Shown: positions 39,449-49,323 of the stretch, piece after piece | How the letters are laid out: every line of letters starts with the position of its first letter | Position numbering within the stretch: the stretch's first letter is position 1 | Assembly: GCA_028534125.1 (NCBI GenBank) | Contig: CM052817.1 | Location: 40,426,001-40,490,000 of the forward strand | Length of the DNA: 64,000 bases | Direction: 5' to 3' | DNA from: Lama glama | Lineage: Eukaryota | Program-made: the position numbers and the translations under genes | The notes under the pieces: model-generated | The model's input: the letters and a program-made list of their open reading frames with translations, nothing else | Told to the model about the DNA's origin: nothing | Database searches by the model: none

Positions 39449-39899
39449 TGTAGTTGTCAAGGGCTACCACAACAGATCACCACAAACTCAGTAGCACGTC
39501 ACAAAATAGCAGAAATTGATTCTCTCGCAGTTCTGGGGACCAGAAATCCAAAACCAAAGTGCTGGCAGGGCCATGCTCCCTTTGATGGCTCTGGAGGGAG
39601 AATCTTTCCTTGCCTCTTCCAGCTTTTGGTGGCTCCTGGCATTCCTTGGTTCCTGGCAGCATCACTCCAATCTCTGCCTGTCTCCACATGGCCTTCTTCT
39701 CTATGTATGTCTCTCTGTGTCCTCTCCTTTTCTTGTAAGGACAGCAGTCATTGAATTTAGGGCCTACCCTACATTCACGATGATTTCTTTTAAAGATACT
39801 TTGTTAATTACATCTGCATAGGCCCTATTTTCAAATAAGGTCACATTCACAGGTAACGACATATCTTTTTTTGAGGGGGACAGTGTTTAACGCAGTACA
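39449..39899 (-). mobile_element. MaLR solo LTR (MLT1C/D-like)
   Basis: gaaattgattctctcgcagttctgg...gcagggccatgctccc...gcctcttccagcttttggtggctcc...tcaaataaggtcacattcacaggt. Confidence 0.85.
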
Positions 39900-40189
39900 C
39901 TTTCCTGAGTAAAAGTACAAAGGCAAAGGATAGGTGCCTCTTAACCTCTTGATACTTATAACCTAATTGTTTCCCAGAATGTGTAAGAGAGCTGGTTCAT
40001 CAGTGGTGTAAAGAGTACCCATTTATTTACATCTTAACCTGCACTAGGTATTACCATTAAAAAAAAAAGTCTCTGTCTTTTGGATGGGGAAACTGATTTT
40101 TTAAATTTTGTCTCAATTGTTCTTCAAGTTGACAAAATTCTGTGTACTTATTATGGACATTTGTAATTCTTCTGTAAAATCTTTATTCA

Positions 40190-40616
40190 TATTTTCTTCA
40201 TATTCTCCTGATGCCTCAACATCCACCCTGCCCAGGCCAGCAGGTCAGTGTGATAGGCTGATCCAGCCACAGGTTACCCCTTGGCCTCACCTGACTGTGA
40301 CCCAGTAATGTTCAAACACACCCACGAAATCCCCTGGCACCTTTTGCATGTGCGCTTTCTCCGATCCCCAGTAAAGACACTGCCCGCGGGTCCTCACTTT
40401 TCCTGCTCCCACCTGCCAAGTTAAGCCACTTCCTGGCCGCTCCTCGAACGTGGTTCCCTGCGCGGTCCGCAGGGCCTCCCTCTTCGAGGACCTATAATCA
40501 AGCTCTTTCACTTTCATACCCTTCTACGCGGTGTTACTCCGTGTCCGCACCCGACCGATCATCCAGAACCAAAACCCACCCCAAACATTTAAGTAACAAT
40601 TATTCCTTACGACACA
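40190..40616 (+). mobile_element. 5' LTR of the provirus (start approximate; MER73/MER74-like by recall)
   Basis: Colinear with 46836-47302 (caccctgcccagg, gaaatcccct, ccccagtaaag, cactttcataccc, attccttac(g/a)acaca); ends CA two bases before the PBS. Confidence 0.85.
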
Positions 40617-40618
40617 AT

Positions 40619-40636
40619 TGGCGAGGAGGATGGGAT
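40619..40636 (+). promoter_or_regulatory. retroviral primer-binding site, tRNA-Ser(GCU)
   Basis: TGGCGAGGAGGATGGGAT is 17/18 to TGGCGACGAGGATGGGAT, the complement of the tRNA-Ser(GCU) 3' end including CCA. Confidence 0.85.
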
Positions 40637-42254
40637 GATCTAAGCCACGGACGGAAAACCCCACGGAGATGCCCTGGGACTGCCCTTGGGTGATGAATGG
40701 GCCCTGGCGCCCGGTCTCCAGCATTTGGAAGGCTGTGTCTTGGCGTTCACGTGCGCTGCCTTGCGTGCCCCCTCCAAATGCCGCCAAGACTCCCCACCCA
40801 AAAGGGCGACCGTGCCCCAAGCCCCATATGAGAGCCCGGAATGCCGTTTCCCAGCCTGAGCCTCGCAGAAGGAGGCTGCCCGGGACACTAGAGCCACTGG
40901 GTAGCTTGCCTGTCATTCCGCCTGCAGTCCTGGAGCTTGGACTAATTAGAGAAAAACTTCTGCCGGTGTCTCGATTAAGCCACCGTGGAGTGTCCCCGAG
41001 TGCTGAGTGTTAGCCCCCAAAACAGAGGGGTCGACGTGTCCTGGACTACGGGCTCGGGACCCTGTCCACACCGCTCCTGGGGCTTTGAGTGACACTCTTG
41101 GGGGAGAAGTGCTCGCTTCCCATTCGGTGTCGGGCGATGCCCCCGCCCTCGGAGTGTCCGCGGTGGGGCCCTGTAAGGGTCCGTGCAGCTGGCGTTGGAG
41201 ACCCCTTCCTCTGCGGCGTCGCTTGCTGTCGCTCTTCCGGCCTCCAAGCCCAAGTGATAGCATAGGTCCCACCCACGCAGACTGGTAGCTCGACTGGGAT
41301 TAAAAAAAAAAAAGCTGGAGGAAGGAGGAAGGAGCACTTTAATCCTGCACCCCTCAAACACCTGAGGCGCTTTCTCAGCTAGTGTGAGAAAGCAAATCTC
41401 CCTGTCAGTTTGAGCTCTGCTACCCATTGACATGCTAATAGTCTCCTTAGAATTAAGTTGTCACAAAACAAAAGATTTAAAAGACTAAGTTGAGGCTGGT
41501 GTTGCCCTCCTACTTGTTGACCCCAGTCCCTCTGAGGTAGGTTGATGGGGACCCTCTAGAGAGAGAGTCTGCCCTCCCCCCCATCACAGCAGGGGTCACT
41601 CTGGAACACCAGACCTGGGTACTAACATTCAAGGAGAGAGGAAAAATTTTTAGTTGCAAAACACTTGAAAAGATTCTGTTTAACAAAACAGAGAAAAAGA
41701 AAAGGAGACCAAAAAAAAAAAAAAAAAGGTCTAATTATCATGTGGTGGGTGAGGAGCTGTCACAGAGAGAGAGAGAGACCTCTGCCCAGAGACAGGGAGT
41801 CCCTTCCTCTTTCTCCCTTCGCTTTTAGCAAAACTAAAAACCACCCCTTTCAGGTGGCTAAATAAGTAAATAAAGCTTTGGGGAAAGAAAATGCAACTGT
41901 TGGAGACTGCAAGCCCAACGGATAAAAAGGAAAAAAAATTAAACTTTATGTGCCCAGCAAAAACCAGGTGTATTGAACATAATGCTAGTCCTGGATTACT
42001 TATTGACTAAACCAACAACAAGAACAACAAAAAAACCTAAATACAGGGGAAAAAATAAAAGTAATGAAATAAATTATGTATATGTGTATAACTAAGATAA
42101 AACAAAGTTCCATTATTTAGCCCAATTGGAAATACAAAAGTTATATACAATGATTTTGTACTGAAGAATTTCTGTAACAAAAAGATTAAAACGGCACTGA
42201 TTGGCTTCTGTGCCTCTACAACCTAGAGGTTTAATATCTGCTAAAATGCACCAA

Positions 42255-43945
42255 TTGACAAAACTTCCTGGACTTAATACTGGGGCTTAAACTAGAGTTA
42301 TATCTATGCATCCCGCTATAACCCATTACGCCCCCTATAACCTTAAAAAGTAACAATATAAAGTAGAGGAAAAAAATAGATATGCCTCACTTTAACTTTA
42401 GTCTTTAACTGTAATTCACTGCACTTTAACTCACTTTTAATGTAACCCATTGCCCTAAAATATTCCATTTTAGACATACATGTTCTAATAGCATGAATAA
42501 TACATTAAAATCAATGTAAGTTTTTGGCACTTACGAACTGGCTTGATAAATGGAATCCCATTTCCCCAGTTAAAATAGTTAATATGGACCAAAATAAATT
42601 AAAATAGGATCTTGCAAAGATTAAAATTTATTATATAAAACCTAATAAGTAAAAGAATGATCATCCCCATTGCTTCTTTATTTGACAGTCCAATTTTGCC
42701 TGTTCTTAAATCTGAAAAATAAGTAAATGAATGGTGCCTCATGATGGAGTGTTACAACCTTAATGCTGTGATCTCATCCATCAAGGCCCCAGTATTATTG
42801 AAATTAATGATTCTATTCAATCAATAACCAGTAAATATTTTGCTCTTACAGATTGGCTAACATACCCAATTCAGTGCCTATTTCAGTAGACTCTCAGCTG
42901 CAGTTTGCCCCCACCTCTGAAGGGACACAAAACACCTTTTCCAGGCTACCCATGGGCAGCTTTGCCATCACACACTGTCTTCGCCGACAAGACCTGCACC
43001 CTTTCCAGGCGCACAGGTCTGACAGCACATTGTTTACAGCCTCCTCCAAGGACTTTCACTGGAGACACGTTAATGTGTGTTAATAACCAAACATCATTTT
43101 GTCCTTTTTGGATTCTGGTGACATTTGTCATTTATGAATTTTACTTACAAATTAAAATCCTCAGGCACTCCTGTTAGTGTCTTCAAAACCTTCACTATAG
43201 AGGCTTTGGCAACCTCTTCTCATGCCTCCTGGAGCCTCTGGACCACTTAACATGGCCATTGGTTGCCCCAGGGCTTCTGATGTAAGACTTGGTCTCAGGC
43301 TAAATACCATTAAAACAACAAGTGACTACTGAGCTTTCCTGGAAATAGAGGCTGTAACAGACCCTGAGCTTGTGACTCTCCATACCCAGCTGTTCCCTTA
43401 TGCTTTGGATCATAAAAATGATCAGCATGGCTACAAAGCCTCCTTAAGACAAGATGAAGCCAAACCTGGCCCTCTGGCACATTCCACCTAAAGGAGAGAG
43501 TGGCCTCCCTTGTCTTCAGTCCCTTGCCAGATGCCGGGGTGTTGGAGGAGGTCACCACTTCCCCAGACCCCTTGGCTACTTAGGGAGCCTCACTGGATTA
43601 ACTGAGTGAAGAGCAGCTGGCATTCATGTACTGTACAGATGGCACTGCTAACCATCACACATGATGGCACTCAGTGGGATGTTGTAACTTTCCATCCTTT
43701 AGCCAGAGTGTCCCAGATAAAGGACAGGACCTAAGAAACAGTGTACTCGGCTAAACTCCAGGCAGTCATCTCACTGTCTGGAGGTCCTGGCCAACAATGG
43801 CCCCATTTCATATTTATTATAAACTGTTGGGCCATTTCCTAAAAATTATCCCCTTCAGGGTGAAATACTTTCGAAATCTCTTGCCTCGCAGGTACCCAGA
43901 ATAGAAATAAAAGTGGCCCATGCTTCTGCAAATACTAAGGCCACC
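42255..43945 (+). pseudogene. pol: pro-pol remnant (protease, reverse transcriptase, RNase H), frameshifted; integrase not seen
   Basis: GLNTGA (42270-42287, degenerate DTG); IIPIASLFDSPILPVLK, WCLMMECYNLNAV and SVPISVDSQLQFAPTSEGTQNTFSRLPMG...HCLRRQDL parallel ERV-L RT; LSEEQ..YCTDGTA, AKLQAV, NCWAI and IKVAHASA parallel ERV-L RNase H. Confidence 0.85.
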
Positions 43946-44399
43946 GTGCAGGGCTTTGCCAGGACACTCTTTATCCCCTTCAGAGTTACAGACATTACTA
44001 GCAGTAACTAAGATATTTTCACTTTTCAAAATATAAAATGTGAACTCTTGGAAGAGGTACTCGGTAGAACTTTTGTGTCCCTGATAGATCTCAGATAAAA
44101 GTTTAATTGAGAGACACATAGTCTTCTCAAATGACTCCTTTTCAAATTCCAGTACAGCAAATAGTGAAGTCCAAAGTTCTGTATCTTGCCCCAAGCCTTA
44201 ACTTATTTTTATAAATTTTCAATGTTATCTCCCATCCCAGAGGGCTGGAGGTCAGATCAAGGGCACATACTTTCCTAGGACTCATTAATCATAGATTGTT
44301 CCACAGGCCAGGCAGCTGCACATCTGATACAGGACCCATCTGAACCAAAACTTCCACCAGCACGAATACAAAAACCCTGTCAGTTTCAGCTGCGCACCA

Positions 44400-46330
44400 T
44401 TCTGTTGACTGTTAATCTTACTATTACTGGTCTGGGTGTTTTCATTGGTTTACAGTCTGGAAACCCACAGCAGCTAGAGTGGGTAACCACTTGGAAAGGC
44501 TACCCCAACCCCACATCCCAGACAATATTGCTCTGGCCCAGAATCTCACGGCTGCAGATGACAATGCCTCAACCCAAGAACTCGCCATTGGAGATGACTT
44601 CACCCCCTGCGCTTGTGCCAGAGATGACTTAACCTCTTACACTAAAACCTCCATCCCAGGGACACCCATGGGCCAAACCACCTCTCCTGTGACACAAAGT
44701 GGACGTGGGACATTTTTGCTTCCTTCCTGAGCCTACTGTCTGCTTTGCCCATGATTCTGGTATATGCCTTACTCTCTGCTGAAATGTACACTCTATCCTT
44801 CTGTGCCTAAAGGGAAATCAGATAGAGGTTACTAAAATGAATGGAGATTATTGCTTTCTCCAGGAGGCACCTGCCTCATGTCAGCCAACCCCTTGACTCC
44901 CTGGGGAGAGGACTACCCACTCCTTGATGCTTTTTCTTACCCCCATCACCACCCCCACCCAGCTTGCTGCCACTGTCTCTTGCCTTTTGTCTCCAACCAT
45001 GACCACCGCAACCATTCTTCTGCCTTGGTTACACACAGCACCTCATTCTCACCAGTACACTGTGCTCGGAATGATGGCACCTTCAGGTCCTATTGTGACC
45101 CAGACTCTTAGGTACAACACCTTATTTATTTTTCCTTGTTGGCTCCCCTACTATTTCTCTAATGAAACCCTACGCAGTGGTTACACTAGGGTTTCCCAGT
45201 TCTTTATCCACCAGGTGCTTCCCGCTTCCATCAACCCAAGGACACCAGACAAATCAGACAGTATTTATTCCTATCGTAATAAGACAGTCTCAGGAGCAGC
45301 CAGCACTGGCACCAGTCTAGTGGTCTTTCTCAAACAAAATCAAATCTTAACTGCCAGCCAGCACCTTTTTGTGGCCCTTTTAGATAATTCAAAGCCTGCA
45401 CAAAACATTGTGCTTTAAGCACCAAACCCATGAGTCTCTAGCCCACATGGTGGCCCTTGACTACTTACTAGCCAGGGAGGGAGGGGGTTGTGCCATTCCG
45501 GGTGTGTTCCTCCCCCTCCGCCCTGGAGCAGGTGTGTTCAATTAAGAACATGTGGATTGTGACCTGCTGGATGAGGAGGCACAAGCCACCCACACCGGTG
45601 GCTCCCTAGGCATCTGAGCTCCCACTTTGATGAAGTGAAAACTGGGTCCCTTTGTTTAAAGACACAGTTTCAACACACTCACACAAAGAAAGTAAAGTTA
45701 CAAGATTTGCTACTTACAGATCCCAGAAATGGGTTGGTGGGGAGGAGCGCAGTGAGCTGGGAAATGGGCAGCCCTCCGTCAGGAGGGAGCAGGGGCAGAG
45801 AGCAGCGTAGCAAACACCTGTTCCCTATGAGGTGGTTGGAGTGGAGGTCACTAACTTTTCAGGGGCTCAGCTCTAAGTGGTTATATTTAAAGGTGCACCA
45901 GGAAAAGCAAAAGCAGGAGCTTGAGTGGGAATCCTAAGTTCAGGTCCTTATGTGAATGTCCAGACTCTGAGTGTGAGCAGGGTTATACTTTAAAATGCCT
46001 GGTATATAAAGTATAATGTAAAATTCCTGGGCATCAAATTAGAATAGCTATTTTCTCATCACACAGGGTACCTCCTGCTGTATGACATTACTAAGTCTCG
46101 GCAGGTACAAGCCAGACTATGAGGAATGGGCCAAGAGGTACAGATCTCTCATAACATAGCTGACATCTTTCAACAGATTCTCTTAAAATTGGAGATGCTT
46201 GGCCTGTTGCCCACAGAGTGGGGTGCCTGGTTGTGGGACAAGAGTCTGGAGACTCTTGTCATATACCTGATTGCTAACTAACTCTTCCTACTTGGTACCT
46301 GTATCAAAATTTACCTTCCACAGCCAAGGC
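44400..46330 (+). pseudogene. env: env remnant with gamma-type TM subunit, split by a nested LTR
   Basis: Hydrophobic N-terminal stretch ~44405; fusion-peptide-like SGAASTGTSLVV ~45290; SLAHMV-ALDYLLAREGGGCAI at 45435-45497; GTSCC at ~46067-46081; WGAWLW plus hydrophobic anchor ~46220-46300. Confidence 0.8.
45503..46063 (-). mobile_element. nested solo LTR (ERVL-type, family unassigned)
   Basis: 561 bp, TG...CA termini, 5-bp TSD ccggg (45498-45502) / caggg (46064-46068); removing it restores the env CX6CC motif. Confidence 0.8.
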
Positions 46331-46399
46331 AAGCTGTCCTACTCACCTTTAACATCTCCACAACCCAAGCTGTGGGCACGTGTCGTCCAATCCACTTAG

Positions 46400-46474
46400 T
46401 TTTTTTTTCCATTGAAGTATACTTGATTTACAATGTTGTGTTAGTTCCTGGTGTACAGCATAGTGATTCAATTA

Positions 46475-46518
<44 letters not shown>

Positions 46519-46800
46519 CTTTTTCATTACAGGCTATTACAAGATATTGAGTGTAATTCCCTGTCCTAAACAGTAGGACCTTGTTGTTTATCTGTTTTAT
46601 ATATAGTAGTCTGTATCTGCAAATCCCAAACTCTTAATTTCTCTTTCCATACCCTTTCCTCTTTGATAGCCAGAAGTTTGTTTTTTATGTCTGAGTCTGT
46701 TTCTGTTCTGTAAATAAATTCATTTGTCTCATTTTTTTTTAGATTCCACATGTAAGTGATAGCATGTGATGCTGTCTTTCTCTGTCTGACTGACTTCACT
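46400..46800 (-). mobile_element. 5'-truncated cetartiodactyl-type L1 3' end inserted just before the 3' LTR; contains (TCTA)n at ~46477-46517
   Basis: attgaagtatacttgatttacaatgttgtgttagttcctggtgtacagcatagtgattca...; flanking repeat tccacttagt / ttcacttagt. Confidence 0.85.
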
Positions 46801-46835
46801 TAGTGTGATGATGATGTTGATGATACAGGGCCGAA

Positions 46836-47302
46836 TGTATTATACATTTTTAAAGCTTCATATTTTTCTACTGCCTCAGTATCCCCATGAACAGGCTGTG
46901 TGCACCCTGCCCAGGTGACCAAGTTATCCTGTGATCCTGGTTGGTTCTTACCACAAGTTTCCCTTCTTGCCTTCCTCTGATGTGACCTAGTGACATTCAA
47001 AAGCACCACTGAAATCCCCTCATGTCTTTTGCTTGTGCACACCCCCGTCCCCCAGTAAAGGCACTTGCCTATGAATTCTTTCCTCTCTCTCTCCCTCTCT
47101 CTGCACCCCACCCTGCCTGATAGAATCCACTCACTGGCTGTTCCTCCCATGTGGTCCCCTGCCATGCCTCCCCCTTCCAGGACCTGTGGGTGAAATCAGT
47201 CTCTCACTTTCATACCCCTCCCGGGGCTGTTACACCAGGTCCACACCGGACTGATCACTAACAAAAACTCACTCTTAGTGACAGTTAATTCCTTACAACA
47301 CA
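46836..47302 (+). mobile_element. 3' LTR of the provirus
   Basis: Starts TGTATTATA after a purine-rich remnant (agggccgaa), ends ...ttccttacaacaCA; colinear with the 5' LTR. Confidence 0.85.
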
Positions 47303-48349
47303 TATACCTGTGACCTCCCCAACCAAATTGCTTCTGTTGCATGTAGCATCAGATCCTGCCAAACAAAGCTCCAAATTGGGTGAAAAAAAGATGCAGCAGT
47401 TTTCTGGTGATATAATAATTAACACAGAAACAATTTTACTTCTGTAACTTAATGTAGGAATTTGTCTCAGGACTACTCTGCTCATTTGATTCCTTTGATA
47501 TTTTTTGCCAAAGGCCACATAATTTTTATTACTGAAGTTTACGATGTTCCTTAAGTCTATACTCTAAGTTTATGATATACTTTAACATATGTTAGGGCAG
47601 CCCCTTTCTTGGCTCTCATTCCAGATGAAGTTGGAATTTTATTAAGTTTAATGAAGCCTTCATAAAGCTGTGATCGCTAAACTTTAATGTGTATTAGAAC
47701 CACTTGGGGAGCTTGGTAAGAAGAAAATTTTCTGGAAAAACCTACCTCCCCGCTCTTGTGATTCTGTTCAGTCTGGGCTCAGCCCAGGAATCTGAAATGT
47801 AATAAACATCTGAGGGATTTTAAGGCAGTAATCCTTAGACCTCATTTAAAGATACACTGCTGTGAGTAATTTGGGCAGAATTGACAACTTTTTACTATCC
47901 GTTTATTTAGGTCTTTTTTTAATCTTTTAGCAAAGCTTTTCCCCCATATGGTACATCTTGCCCATTGTGAATGGATTTTCTTTCCTATTATATCTTGTAA
48001 TTGTTATTGCTAGTACCCAGGAAAGCTATTGATTTTTAGATGTTTGTTTTTATCCAGTCACTTTGCTGAGTTCACTTGTTAAATCTAATAGTTTTTCAGT
48101 TAAACCTTTGTAAGGATGAAGCTAGGGCAAGATTGGTAAATCAGCCCAGCACATGGGAACACTTGATTTTTGCCTCCTCCTTTACAACATTATATTTACT
48201 GTAACTTTTTATGTGTCACTGCATTGTCCAGAGCTTCCAGAACATTGCTAAATAAACATTCATAAAATTCACCCATAATTTATACCTATTTTAAAGGGAA
48301 TGTCTCTGTCATGGTTTCATGGTTAAGAATGGTTCTGGCTATTGCTTTT

Positions 48350-48469
48350 ATTGGGGCAGGGTTAGGCAATTAGGTTTATTTATTTATTTTCTAATGGAGG
48401 TACTGGGGATTGAACCCAGGACCTCCTGCATGCTAAGCACTCACTCTACCACTGAACTATATCCTCCAC
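48350..48469 (-). mobile_element. camelid tRNA-derived SINE (Vic-1-like)
   Basis: ggaggtactggggattgaacccaggacctcctgcatgctaagc...; 16-bp TSD tctggct(a/g)ttgctttt at 48334-48349 and 48470-48485. Confidence 0.9.
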
Positions 48470-48535
48470 TCTGGCTGTTGCTTTTAGATAGACCTTTAAA
48501 AAAATCATGTTCCTTCTATTCCTAGCCTTCTTAAG

Positions 48536-48543
48536 CTTGCTTG

Positions 48544-48574
<31 letters not shown>

Positions 48575-48662
48575 TCTTCTTTCCTTCCTTCCTTCCTTGT
48601 CTTCCTTCCTTTTCCTTCTTTCTTTCTTTCTTTCTTTCTCTTTCTTTTTCTTTCTTTCTTTC

Positions 48663-48720
<58 letters not shown>

Positions 48721-48766
48721 TTCCTTCCTTCCTTCCTTCCTTCCTTCCTTCCTTCCTTCCTTTCTT
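48536..48766. repeat. compound microsatellite (GCCT)n-(TTCC)n-(TTTC)n-(TTCC)n
   Basis: Direct inspection. Confidence 0.97.
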
Positions 48767-48786
48767 TAAGGAATGGGAGCAGAATC

Positions 48787-49323
48787 TGTAGGGAGGAAAA
48801 CTTCTTTTTCCTTCTTCCCTCCTAGATTTGCCCGCTGGGGCCTTATAAATTGGACTAACAAAAGACACATGACTAGGAGAAAACAAGTAAGTTTATTAGC
48901 ATGTGCATCTCCTTACACATGGAAACCACTAGAGATGAGTAATTCAAAATGGTGGTTAGAACTTGGGGTCCAATATAATGTTGTATGTCAATTATACCTC
49001 AATTTTAAAAAAGAATTTGAGATATATTCATAAGTTCCTAGAGGAGGAGGAGAAGGGGAACTTAGGGAAAAGTGAATGACTCTTTGGAAAGATAAACGAG
49101 CCCTTCCTTGGGAGAATAGGTGGTGTGACAATGTCTGTCTGACTTTTCTTCTGTGCAAAGAGAAGATTAGAGTTGATCCTGGGGAGGGGATTTATAACAG
49201 GTGAGTTATTTTGGGACGCTCTTCTTAAGGCGAATGAGGGATTTCAGGAACTCCAACGCCTTTACTGCAAAATAGTTCCATGTCAAAGAGGCGAATTTGG
49301 AGTGACTTACCCTGATACCCTCA
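48787..49323 (-). mobile_element. ERV1-class solo LTR, containing a tiny L1 3'-end insert (~48971-49012)
   Basis: TG...CA termini with perfect 4-bp TSD aatc (48783-48786 / 49324-49327); reverse AATAAA (tttatt) at ~48892. Confidence 0.8.

Larger units (their letters stand above)
37800..40190 (-). mobile_element. ancient L1 (L1M/L1ME-like) fragments hosting later LTR insertions
   Basis: T-rich reverse ORF2 motifs (gaattttgccaaatgccttttcaacatc, tttctatttaggattttt, aataatgtagggatgaacatc). Confidence 0.6.
40190..47302 (+). mobile_element. decayed near-full-length class III endogenous retrovirus (ERV-S/ERV-L-like, env-bearing)
   Basis: Two colinear LTRs, tRNA-Ser PBS, and protease, RT, RNase H and env TM remnants in retroviral order; all frames disrupted. 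Confidence 0.9.

Noticed and set aside
44924..45418. 164-aa ORF as a domesticated env (syncytin-like) gene
   Set aside because: Only a fragment; env is broken by stops, frameshifts, an immunosuppressive-domain deletion and a nested LTR
48446..48886. Lys/Glu/Arg-rich and Phe/Leu/Ser-rich ORFs
   Set aside because: Translations of the compound microsatellite
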